64,000 nt of DNA from positions 104,738 to 168,737 of IMG/VR virus record IMGVR_UViG_3300022562_001814; one strand, 5' to 3'. This document shows positions 51,393 through 60,309 of the stretch, piece after piece; the stretch's first letter is position 1; every line of letters starts with the position of its first letter. Made by a program: the position numbers and the translations under genes. The notes beneath the pieces were generated by a model. The model saw nothing but the letters and a program-made list of their open reading frames with translations. It was not told where the DNA came from and made no database searches. This stretch comes from a virus.

Positions 51393-52739
51393 ATGACAAT
51401 TTATCCGAACGGCATAGACTCAATATTACAATTACCAACAGTAGCTGGAATTACCGATGAAGCCATTGCTATAAATGCTTTACGTGAATCAGTAATAGCG
51501 GTGGAAACCGAATTGGGATTAACTCCACATGGAATTTATTCTGATGTAGCTACTAGATTGTCAGTACTTGAAAGTAGGGTGGGTCCAGGACCTGGAATTA
51601 CTGGTGGTAGTATAGATATCAATGATGCTAACTTAACTGGAGTATTAAATATTGCCCGAGGTGGTACTGCTTTAAATGCCGTTGGTTCTTTACATACTGT
51701 ACTTACTTCTACTGGCACTACACTTTTCTATAAATTATTAGATGATAATAATATTGATGCAGCGGCTGCAATATTAGGGACCAAACTTTTTCCAGATTTT
51801 GGAAGTCAAGATGTTTATACGGATGGATATATAAGGGGAGCCTCTTTAGTAATAGGTAGCGGTGGTCCGAGCATTACTGTTGGTACTGGCGTACCAATCA
51901 GTTCAGAACCTGATGGTTCTGTATTTTTAAGAACAGATGGTAGTGTTAGTGCTGGAGTATATACTCGTCAAAGCAGTGTTTGGTCCGCACTAGGTGGTGC
52001 GCCAGGTGGTAGTGATGGTTATATTCAATTCAATGATGCCGGTTCATTTAATGGAGACCCAGGACTCACTTATGATAAAAATACAAATGTATTATCTATT
52101 AGCGATGCGCTTGAAATTGGACTTACAACAGCTACTACGGGTGCTATTAGATTAGCAAATACCGCTTCTATTCAAGCTCGTGATACTGGCGATATAAATG
52201 ATTATAATTTAATTAATTTAGATAATTCTGATTATGTTACAATTGGAAACATCTCTCAGAGTTTTATTCAATTAGGTGCTGCAACAGCGGATTGGCTTGT
52301 ATCTGTAGACGGTTATCAGGTTATGAGGGCTGTGAGCGGTATCCTTAATGTAAGTATAGATACAACGAATGATAGTAATTCTAAAACAACAGTAAATGAT
52401 GTAGTTAGAAATGTGCAAACTACTGATGCTACTCCCACGACGATTTATTCTTATACTGCAACGGATGAGGCAGTAACAATGGTTGATGCTGCTATTACTG
52501 GTATTACAAGTGATGGTAGTGTGGTAGCTGGATATAAACGCGGTGCGTTGTTTAAACGTGATGGTGGTGTTCTTTCACAAATAGGTTCTACAGTATCTAA
52601 TTATACTGAAGAAGAAAGTGCGGCATGGGATGTTGGTCTTTCTGCTTCCGGAACAAGCATTTTAGTTACTGTTACAGGAGAAAATGCAACTACAATTCAA
52701 TGGCAAGCAGTTATTAGATCTCAGATTGGGATTCCATAA
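51393..52739 (+). CDS. Fibre-like virion protein 2
   Basis: 448 aa with the same N-terminal module and fibre-type motifs IARGGT and PGGSDGYIQFNDAG. Confidence 0.7.
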   Translation: MTIYPNGIDSILQLPTVAGITDEAIAINALRESVIAVETELGLTPHGIYSDVATRLSVLESRVGPGPGITGGSIDINDANLTGVLNIARGGTALNAVGSLHTVLTSTGTTLFYKLLDDNNIDAAAAILGTKLFPDFGSQDVYTDGYIRGASLVIGSGGPSITVGTGVPISSEPDGSVFLRTDGSVSAGVYTRQSSVWSALGGAPGGSDGYIQFNDAGSFNGDPGLTYDKNTNVLSISDALEIGLTTATTGAIRLANTASIQARDTGDINDYNLINLDNSDYVTIGNISQSFIQLGAATADWLVSVDGYQVMRAVSGILNVSIDTTNDSNSKTTVNDVVRNVQTTDATPTTIYSYTATDEAVTMVDAAITGITSDGSVVAGYKRGALFKRDGGVLSQIGSTVSNYTEEESAAWDVGLSASGTSILVTVTGENATTIQWQAVIRSQIGIP

Positions 52740-52829
52740 GGATAAAATACGGTATTTGGTTTATCTATAATAGATTATGCCAATGTTGTACATAATCTTA
52801 GCTTATAAATACGTATATAGATAGGTCAA

Positions 52830-53606
52830 ATGATCAAATATCCTGCATCAATAGATTCAACAATAGAATTGCCGTACATAGTTGATAATAGCACCCCTGT
52901 TAAAGGTGATATTATTAATAATTTACGTGATGCAGTTGTTGCATTAGAAACAGAATTAGGTATTAAACCTAGTGGTATTTATGCTAATGTAAGAACTAGA
53001 TTAAATGCTATTGAATCTATTGTTAATGATTTACAGCTTGGAATAGTTACTTTTGGCGGAGATCTTAGCTCTATCGATTCGGTTACTCAAAAAGTAACAG
53101 GTTTACAAGGTAGATCGATAAGTAGCGCAACCCCTTCTGTCAATCAAACCTATATATGGAGCGGTACAGAATGGGCTCCGGGAGATGTATCTAGCGTTAC
53201 TAGTGTACAAGATGGATATAATTACGGAAAAACTTTAATAATTGTTGGATTTGCTAATACAACTAATACTGATTCTAGCGTTTTTACTAATGCGGCAACT
53301 TTTAGGCTAGATCCAACCATATTAACTTCAGCTAATGGTACTCGAACAATTAAAATGAGAGTATTATCAAATACTACTGGACCACTAATGACTATGCAAT
53401 TATATAATTTAACTGATGCTTTAGTAGTTCCTAATACCACCTTAACTACATCTTCGACTATACCAGACGAGCAAATTACTGTGGATTTAAGTGGTGATTT
53501 TACTAGCGGTCCTGCAATTTATCAATTACAAATTAAAATGGCTGCAGGATCTCCATCAGATCGTGTTATATTAGAATACGCAGTATTAGAAGTAGAGTGG
53601 TCTTAA
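52830..53606 (+). CDS. Fibre-like virion protein 3
   Basis: 258 aa with the same N-terminal module, GGDLS...VTGLQGR and WSGTEWAP. Confidence 0.7.
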   Translation: MIKYPASIDSTIELPYIVDNSTPVKGDIINNLRDAVVALETELGIKPSGIYANVRTRLNAIESIVNDLQLGIVTFGGDLSSIDSVTQKVTGLQGRSISSATPSVNQTYIWSGTEWAPGDVSSVTSVQDGYNYGKTLIIVGFANTTNTDSSVFTNAATFRLDPTILTSANGTRTIKMRVLSNTTGPLMTMQLYNLTDALVVPNTTLTTSSTIPDEQITVDLSGDFTSGPAIYQLQIKMAAGSPSDRVILEYAVLEVEWS

Positions 53607-53617
53607 ATGAGGAATAA

Positions 53618-55039
53618 ATGGCAACAGTAGTAATAACAAATCAAGCACTTGCGGGTACAAGTAATACCGTTAAAACTATGTGGCATTTAACCAGAGTTAT
53701 GAAAAAGGCTGGTTGGAATGTGGTAGCTCATAGTGATGGAACTACTAAAACATCAGCTGGTACCAATGCAAATGATTCCTGGGGTAATAATTCCGATCCT
53801 TTATTAGATTCTTATCCTTCTGGTTTTGATTCCGCTTACATATGGATTGTAATGCAAGGACCATCTACTTTAAAAATTCCACTCAATAATGCTCCATCTG
53901 GCGCTCCTTTAAGAGGCGAAACGGTTACCCAATCTGCTACAGGAGCCGAGGGTGAATTACTCGGTTATGTATGGGATTCATCTGGTATGTCTGGATGGAT
54001 GGTTGTTGCACCTCGCGTGGGCACATTTAATGTATCCACGGATCTTGTTGGATCTACAAGTTCAGCATCTTTAACTCCTACTGGCACAATTGTGACTTAT
54101 GTACGAGAGTTTATGTTTTCAAAAGTACAAAGTTCTAATAATTATGATTCGAATATATATTATATTTGTGCAGATGTTTCCGGAGAAAGCGCTCAATTGT
54201 ATTCTGCTTTAGCTTCTTCTGCCGGCTGTACAGCAACCGTTCCTCCTGGTTCTGGTGGAACGAGTAATAGTTTTCCTACTTTGGGTCTTGCTATTCGTGG
54301 TGCAGGAGATAGTGCTACAACTACCGGCGGGGGCTTTATGGCCTCTTATTCAAGCGGTTATGTGGGTAGTTATCATGCCGGTTGTGTCAATGCCACTGTA
54401 TCTAGTGGGGTAACAGCTGATGGAAGTTTTTATGTTTTAGCAAGTAATAGTAATTTATCTGGAATATTATCCGGATGGATATTTACTAGAGTAGATGATC
54501 AGGATCCGGGTGATGTAGATCCTTATGTAATATGTCATGTAAATGGTGGCGCAATTAGTTCAAGCTGGACTAGATTGTCAAGTACAAGTTATGGTTCGAG
54601 TCCAGCCCCACTTGCAGGTGTAAATCAAGTATCATTAAGTTCGTATAGCGTTTATTCCGGATATCAAGCAAGAGGATGTCCAGTAACAGCTCGTGATATA
54701 CCGATCCCATATACCGCTGGAGGATCTTATTCTTCAACTAACGGTAATACCACCTTTCATGTTGCATCATACCCTTCTGTTACTCGTCTTGTAAATCATC
54801 CAGCGACTACACCACCAATGCAACGTGAAAGCGTATTAATTCATCAAATTGGTGCCGGAGTAAGCGGAGCCGCGCTTAAACACGTGAAAGGTCGGTGTCG
54901 TTGGATACAATTAGCCAGTCAAGGCAGCGCGTTAGATACTGCAGATAATAAATCATGGATTTGCGTTTCTTCTGTAACAAGTAATTACGCGGCAATTTTA
55001 ATTGGACCTTGGGATGGTTCTACAACACCGAGCGCATAA
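53618..55039 (+). CDS. Ser/Gly/Thr-rich putative virion protein
   Basis: 473 aa with a GAGGA ribosome-binding site; composition matches the adjacent fibre genes. Confidence 0.55.
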   Translation: MATVVITNQALAGTSNTVKTMWHLTRVMKKAGWNVVAHSDGTTKTSAGTNANDSWGNNSDPLLDSYPSGFDSAYIWIVMQGPSTLKIPLNNAPSGAPLRGETVTQSATGAEGELLGYVWDSSGMSGWMVVAPRVGTFNVSTDLVGSTSSASLTPTGTIVTYVREFMFSKVQSSNNYDSNIYYICADVSGESAQLYSALASSAGCTATVPPGSGGTSNSFPTLGLAIRGAGDSATTTGGGFMASYSSGYVGSYHAGCVNATVSSGVTADGSFYVLASNSNLSGILSGWIFTRVDDQDPGDVDPYVICHVNGGAISSSWTRLSSTSYGSSPAPLAGVNQVSLSSYSVYSGYQARGCPVTARDIPIPYTAGGSYSSTNGNTTFHVASYPSVTRLVNHPATTPPMQRESVLIHQIGAGVSGAALKHVKGRCRWIQLASQGSALDTADNKSWICVSSVTSNYAAILIGPWDGSTTPSA

Positions 55040-55374
55040 TGAGTGATTTGGGTCAAACTATTAATTATGACAATCGAGAATCTTACGGATTTGCTGAAGG
55101 TAATTATGGTATACCGGATGGTTATTCGGATTTGTATACATTTACTGGATTTACAGTGTCGGGGTATATTGAAACAGAAAAAGGTGATACTGCACCAATT
55201 AACCCAAATACAAGTTCTTTTTTAGTTGAAGGATCCGTGCGCTACTATAATTTACGTGGTTATTATACTGTTGGTACTGTATTTGAATCTTGGGTGAGTC
55301 AAGATCCTGCCAGTACCCCACCATCAGGGCATTCATTAACTAATATTACGATAGTTAGTAGTTGGGTCGTGTAA
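55039..55374 (+). CDS. Hypothetical protein, probably structural
   Basis: TAATG-coupled start at 55039 (MSDLGQTINY...). Confidence 0.55.
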   Translation: MSDLGQTINYDNRESYGFAEGNYGIPDGYSDLYTFTGFTVSGYIETEKGDTAPINPNTSSFLVEGSVRYYNLRGYYTVGTVFESWVSQDPASTPPSGHSLTNITIVSSWVV

Positions 55375-55391
55375 TATAAAGGAATAATACT

Positions 55392-55799
55392 ATGAATCTT
55401 AAAAAATTAGCAAATAAATTTGAACAAATTTTAAAACAATCAAGTCGAACTGCCGCGGCAGGTGAAATTGAATCAGTTCTAAAAGATGGACGAATATGGG
55501 GAACGCCTGAAGTGCTATTTCCTTTAGCAGATGCGGCTGGATTGCCCGATAATTTCAAGGTACAATTCCAAATAGTTGTTAATCCTGATTTAAGCGTTTC
55601 GTTCCGCACTAATCCTCCAGCTCATCATCAGGCTGTGACTAAAATGCTTAAATTAATGAAAAGTGAATTTGGTGCTAAAATGCAACAAATTCTTAAAACG
55701 ATTCCAATAAAAGAAAGAGATGATTCGGGAAAAGTTATTAGCCAAAGACCGGTACAAGTTGTAAATCCGGTTGTTGTTGGTTGGCATTCTTTGAAATAA
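55392..55799 (+). CDS. Hypothetical protein
   Basis: 135 aa with an AAGGA ribosome-binding site. Confidence 0.6.
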   Translation: MNLKKLANKFEQILKQSSRTAAAGEIESVLKDGRIWGTPEVLFPLADAAGLPDNFKVQFQIVVNPDLSVSFRTNPPAHHQAVTKMLKLMKSEFGAKMQQILKTIPIKERDDSGKVISQRPVQVVNPVVVGWHSLK

Positions 55800-55802
55800 T
55801 TA

Positions 55803-55830
55803 ACGTTTAGATATCTAAATATCTAAACGT
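55803..55830. repeat. Perfect 12-bp inverted repeat ACGTTTAGATAT-ctaa-ATATCTAAACGT
   Basis: Intergenic, immediately after the stop of 55392..55799. Confidence 0.75.
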
Positions 55831-55874
55831 CTAAAACTCTTGATATAACTATATCTAGTAGCTAAAGGATATTA

Positions 55875-57089
55875 ATGGTGTCTAATCAATATGATATTGG
55901 TATAGTTGGTGCTGGAGTTGCTGGAGCTTTTGCTTTACAAAAAATTTTAAAAAGCAATAAAAATTTAAAAATAGCAGTTTTTGATGCTGGGCGACCACCA
56001 CTTAAACGAAGACATCAAGTATGGGGATTTTTGGGTTGCTTGCCTGGTTCTGATGGTAAATTATATGTTAACGATTTAGCTTCAGTTTCAGAGATAGCCG
56101 GATACAGACGCACCAATACTGCTAATAAGTGGGTAATGGGAGAGTTTTCTCAGGTTGCTAATTTAAAATTAATTAAAGATAAAAGACCATCTATAACGGC
56201 TGAAAAAAGATTACGTAAATATGGAATGGATATAGAATTAAATAATTATTATCAATTATATCCTCGTGACATTCATGCTTTTTCTAGATCTGTTGTTAAT
56301 GAATTAGATATACAAAATAATACATTACAAAGCTTTGATAATGAAGTATTTAAAATTTTAAAACATAAAAATTATTTTTCTATAATTAGTAGTGCCGGTG
56401 ATTTTCAATGTAAAAAGATTCTTGTTAGTGTTGGTAGGGGCGGTTGGCGTTGGGTTAGTGAATTATTTTCTAATTTCGGTATAGTAGAAAATAATGATAT
56501 TACAAGATTTGGAATTAGAGCCGAAATGCCAACGACATATATGAAAGATTTTAATCAATCTAATTGTTCATTATTACATAATTTAGTTAAAGTAGGGCCA
56601 TTATCTTGGGGTGGTACTGTCATACCTGAAGATCATATTGATTTAGCGATTACTTCTTTTAGATCTAATGAAGGAAGATGGAATTCAGATAAAGTATCTT
56701 TTAATATTATAGCAGAACAAAATTTTACAGAAAATGGGTATCAGCAAACAGATCGTATTGGTAAATTAACATTCATTTTAGCTAATGACCGTGTCATGAA
56801 AGAAAAATTATCCACTTTGATGGGTAAAAGAAGTAAGTTATCAATTATGCCGGAATATAATTGGTTACTACAAGAATTAGAAGAATTAAATGGAGCTATA
56901 CCCGATCTATTAAACAAAGGTTCTTTTTATGCGCCATGTATCATTCCTATGGCTTCAAAAATAAATATTAAAAGTGATTTTTCAACAGAAGTAAAAGATA
57001 TGTTTGTGGCTGGTGAATCTGCCGGGGTTTCTGGTATTTTAGGTGCGGCAGTAAGTGGTACTATTGCCAGTGAAGGTTTAATGAAATAG
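55875..57089 (+). CDS. FAD-dependent oxidoreductase
   Basis: IVGAGVAG Rossmann motif, SDGKL, VGRGG, and a C-terminal MFVAGESAGVSGILGAAVSG. Confidence 0.85.
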   Translation: MVSNQYDIGIVGAGVAGAFALQKILKSNKNLKIAVFDAGRPPLKRRHQVWGFLGCLPGSDGKLYVNDLASVSEIAGYRRTNTANKWVMGEFSQVANLKLIKDKRPSITAEKRLRKYGMDIELNNYYQLYPRDIHAFSRSVVNELDIQNNTLQSFDNEVFKILKHKNYFSIISSAGDFQCKKILVSVGRGGWRWVSELFSNFGIVENNDITRFGIRAEMPTTYMKDFNQSNCSLLHNLVKVGPLSWGGTVIPEDHIDLAITSFRSNEGRWNSDKVSFNIIAEQNFTENGYQQTDRIGKLTFILANDRVMKEKLSTLMGKRSKLSIMPEYNWLLQELEELNGAIPDLLNKGSFYAPCIIPMASKINIKSDFSTEVKDMFVAGESAGVSGILGAAVSGTIASEGLMK

Positions 57090-57096
57090 GATTAAT

Positions 57097-57450
57097 ATGA
57101 AAGACAGATACGATGACAACAATCAATTATACGATGCTTTGCAGCAAGGTGATTATAAAGATAATTTTAAATACCCGTTGAGTAAATTCGATAGCGAATT
57201 ATATGATGAAGCAAAAGCAACACCAGCGCGTATGGTTAGAGTCAAAAGAATTAGTAGTAATGCCAAAGGTGAGAGATGGCGCATTTTCGATGGCGATGAA
57301 TTGAAATTCGTTTTAGATGGAAATAAATTAACTAAAAAGGAAAAAACTTTCCTTCGCACTTTAGATGGAGTAAGATTTTTAATAGATGAATTTAAAGTCG
57401 GATTCAAATCATTTAATGAATTACGTGGTAGATTAAAACAAAAAGTGTAA
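57097..57450 (+). CDS. Hypothetical protein
   Basis: 117 aa with an AGGA ribosome-binding site. Confidence 0.6.
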   Translation: MKDRYDDNNQLYDALQQGDYKDNFKYPLSKFDSELYDEAKATPARMVRVKRISSNAKGERWRIFDGDELKFVLDGNKLTKKEKTFLRTLDGVRFLIDEFKVGFKSFNELRGRLKQKV

Positions 57451-57591
57451 TACTGAATTTACAATATTATTAAGAGATATTACAGTATTGGATACTATAT
57501 AACAGATATCAAATTAAGATTTGTTAGTAGAAATACTATGAATTTTATGAGTATAATTTATGAAAATTCAAATTATCAGTCAAATTATCAC

Positions 57592-57620
57592 TTGACAAGA
57601 AAATATTAAATATATAAACT
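57592..57620 (+). promoter_or_regulatory. Sigma-70 consensus-type promoter TTGACA-N17-TAAACT
   Basis: Perfect -35 (57592-57597), 17-nt spacer and -10 (57615-57620), in a 200-bp gap upstream of a run of small genes. Confidence 0.7.
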
Positions 57621-57664
57621 GTGGAAATCTTGGGTGTAGCACGCCCTCCATGTATGAGGAAGCA

Positions 57665-58267
57665 ATGAGTAACAGTGGGTTTGTAATTTATTTCGCAGAT
57701 ACTGAAACAAGCGGACTTGAAGTTGATAATGAAATTATCGAGCTATCATTATATAGATTATCAGACGATCAGCAAAGAACTTGGTGTCTTAAACCTAAAA
57801 GATATGATAATATAAGTCAAGATGCTTTACGTATCAATGGACATAAATTAGAAGATTTAAAACATTTAACAAAATTTGGACAAGAAACATATATCCAACC
57901 AGCAAAAGCGATTGCTGAAATTGAAATGTGGATGTTAGAAGATGGTGTATCATCTGAAGATCGGATTCTTTGCGGGCAAAATGTAAAATTTGATTTAGGT
58001 ATGCTTCAAAGATTATGGGAACAAGAAAACTGTAAAGACACCTTTCCTTTTGGATCAAGACCATTTATGCAAGATACAAGAGAAATAGCCTTGTTCCTTG
58101 ATTTAGCATTTGGGAAAAGGAGTAAATATTATAATCTTGGCTCTTTGATTAAAGAATATAATATTAAAAATACAAAAGCTCATTCAGCCGCAGCGGATAC
58201 TTTAGCTACAAAAGAATTATTTTTAGCTCAGTTAAAAACGGTACAAGATTTGATTAAACAACCATAA
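57665..58267 (+). CDS. DEDDh 3'-5' exonuclease (DnaQ-like)
   Basis: DTETSG, NVKFD and HSAAAD motifs. Start moved to ATG 57665 after GAGGA. Confidence 0.88.
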   Translation: MSNSGFVIYFADTETSGLEVDNEIIELSLYRLSDDQQRTWCLKPKRYDNISQDALRINGHKLEDLKHLTKFGQETYIQPAKAIAEIEMWMLEDGVSSEDRILCGQNVKFDLGMLQRLWEQENCKDTFPFGSRPFMQDTREIALFLDLAFGKRSKYYNLGSLIKEYNIKNTKAHSAAADTLATKELFLAQLKTVQDLIKQP

Positions 58268-58497
58268 TGTGGTACGTTTATTTATTGCTTTGTTCAAATA
58301 AATCTGTTTATACAGGCATTACCACTGATATAGAACGCAGAGTAAAGCAACATAATAAAGGAACAGCATCAAAATATACTCGCTCCCGCCGTCCCGTAAC
58401 TCTTATTAAATATTTTAAAGTAAATTCCAAATCGGAAGCGTTAAGATTAGAATATAAAATTAAACAATTATCTAAGAAACATAAACTATTATTATAG
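58267..58497 (+). CDS. Stand-alone GIY-YIG nuclease (UPF0213-like)
   Basis: WYVYLL...YTGITTDIERRVKQHN.G..SKYTRSRRP...ALRLEYKIK. Confidence 0.9.
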   Translation: MWYVYLLLCSNKSVYTGITTDIERRVKQHNKGTASKYTRSRRPVTLIKYFKVNSKSEALRLEYKIKQLSKKHKLLL

Positions 58498-58505
58498 GTA
58501 TTAAC

Positions 58506-58838
58506 ATGGCTAAAGAAAAAAAGACAAATAAAACAAAAGAAAAATCTAAAACAAAAAAGACAAAAGAAAAATCAAAGAAAAAAGAAAAGAAAATTGGTAG
58601 AGATTCTGGTACCGGAAAATTCGTGACTGTTGAAAAAGCCAAGAAAAATCCAAAAACAACTACCGTTGAAAAAATTAAAAAGAAGGATAAGGATAAGGAT
58701 AAGTCAGGAAAGAAAACCAAGATAGGAAGAGATTCTGGAACAGGAAAATTTATTCCAGTTGAAAAAGCTAAAAAACAACCCAAAACAACCACAGTTGAGA
58801 CAATTAAACATAAATCAAAGAAGGGTAGTACAAAATGA
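58506..58838 (+). CDS. Lys-rich basic protein with a duplicated GRDSGTGKF module
   Basis: KIGRDSGTGKF..VEKAKK.PKTTTVE.IK occurs twice. Confidence 0.7.
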   Translation: MAKEKKTNKTKEKSKTKKTKEKSKKKEKKIGRDSGTGKFVTVEKAKKNPKTTTVEKIKKKDKDKDKSGKKTKIGRDSGTGKFIPVEKAKKQPKTTTVETIKHKSKKGSTK

Positions 58839-59116
58839 ATTTTATGACTGTTGATTTTGCATTTTTAGCAGCTTTTATTTTTGGTGCCGTATTTTTTATT
58901 GTTGGTTTAGTTGTTGGTGTTAGACATGCAAAGCGCGATTCTGTTTCTGCCTTATCTGTAAATAATATGCTAGTAAGTGCTATTACTGGATGGCTGCGAA
59001 GCGATAAAACAAGAATTATTGAAGAAATGCAAGTGCGAAACCAAGATATATTTTCATCAGTAGATAAGGTTGCAAATGAAATAGAACATAGATTCATTCG
59101 CAAGGGAGTCAAGTGA
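58835..59116 (+). CDS. Hypothetical protein with an N-terminal TM helix
   Basis: FAFLAAFIFGAVFFIVGLVVGV; ATGA-coupled start. Confidence 0.6.
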   Translation: MNFMTVDFAFLAAFIFGAVFFIVGLVVGVRHAKRDSVSALSVNNMLVSAITGWLRSDKTRIIEEMQVRNQDIFSSVDKVANEIEHRFIRKGVK

Positions 59117-59544
59117 TTCCGCCAGTTGTTCATACCTGCTGTCACACCCCGTGTTTTCAAGAATACGAAGATCAAGAAAATTTCCCCTGTTGGGGAAATA
59201 TTAGCTGCGTGAACACTGAATTAATTGATGATGGTGATGGCGGATTTGACGAATATAGATATGGGGCATGTCAAGGACATTATGATATGTATTCAGATTA
59301 TGATAAATCAAAATATATTTCTCCACCCCCAATGAATATTTGGATTCAAGAAAATGATAATTACCATATTATGTATGGTGAAAAAGGAACCGTTGGCGTA
59401 TTTAAAATTGCTGATGATAAATGGCGTTGGACCATTCATAAATATAAAAAATCGCCTTTAAATAAACGTGATGGTTGGTGGGGCATTTGTAATACAAAAG
59501 AGATTGCACAAAAAACCGGCGAAAAAAGATTAGGTAGTAGATGA
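59113..59544 (+). CDS. Hypothetical protein
   Basis: GTGA-coupled start with a GGGAG ribosome-binding site. Confidence 0.55.
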   Translation: MIPPVVHTCCHTPCFQEYEDQENFPCWGNISCVNTELIDDGDGGFDEYRYGACQGHYDMYSDYDKSKYISPPPMNIWIQENDNYHIMYGEKGTVGVFKIADDKWRWTIHKYKKSPLNKRDGWWGICNTKEIAQKTGEKRLGSR

Positions 59545-60011
59545 GGCAACATAAATCAACTTTAAAAAAGAATTTAGATGATTTTTTGAAACGATCAGAT
59601 TTTACAGAATTATATAATACTTGGAATATTTCGGAATGGAGATCAACATATGTTCCAGATCGTATTAGAAAATTTGAAGATGATCCAGAAAATCCTTACG
59701 AAAAAATGGAAGTCACCCCACTACATAAAACACAGATTATTGATTTTAAATTAAAATGTGTTAATCATAAAAATTTTGATTTTTATATTTATGAAGATTA
59801 TGAAAATAAAGATTTAATCTATTTCAAACCAGCTGTCTATTACTATGGTAATTACATCAAAGATTATGTTTATTATTTAATTGCTGGTGGAGAATTATAC
59901 GCCCCATTCGAACAATATTGTCGTAATCTAGCTCAACAAAGTGATAATTTTGCAATGCATAATTATAAGATAGATATGGAAACCGTTGAGAAATTTAATT
60001 TAATGAGATAA
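59541..60011 (+). CDS. Hypothetical protein
   Basis: ATGA-coupled, 156 aa. Confidence 0.55.
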   Translation: MRQHKSTLKKNLDDFLKRSDFTELYNTWNISEWRSTYVPDRIRKFEDDPENPYEKMEVTPLHKTQIIDFKLKCVNHKNFDFYIYEDYENKDLIYFKPAVYYYGNYIKDYVYYLIAGGELYAPFEQYCRNLAQQSDNFAMHNYKIDMETVEKFNLMR

Positions 60012-60015
60012 AATA

Positions 60016-60309
60016 ATGGATATTAATTTTGGATTTTTGTGTTTAATATTTATACTTACTATGCCAGTGACTTTTACAATTGGTGTATGGTTAGGCATAG
60101 ATCATATGAATAAATTGTTTTCAAAAACAAGACATAAAATTTATGAAAAAGGTGTGCTCGATGTAGTTCAATGGTTTAAAAATAAAGATAATCAAAATTA
60201 TGTTAATGAATGTATGGCTCCTTATTACGGATCAACTCAAGAATTAGTAGAACGGCTAGGCACAGAAATTGAAATACAATTTAATGTTAAGGTCGAAGAT
60301 GAAAGATAA
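60016..60309 (+). CDS. Hypothetical protein with an N-terminal TM helix
   Basis: FGFLCLIFILTMPVTFTIGVWLGI; same layout as 58835..59116. Confidence 0.55.
   Translation: MDINFGFLCLIFILTMPVTFTIGVWLGIDHMNKLFSKTRHKIYEKGVLDVVQWFKNKDNQNYVNECMAPYYGSTQELVERLGTEIEIQFNVKVEDER

Noticed and set aside
48914-55374. Diversity-generating retroelement or invertase shufflon acting on the fibre genes
   Set aside because: No reverse transcriptase or recombinase is in the window, and I saw no near-identical template/variable repeat pair or inverted crossover sites. Similarity among the paralogues is mainly at the protein level.
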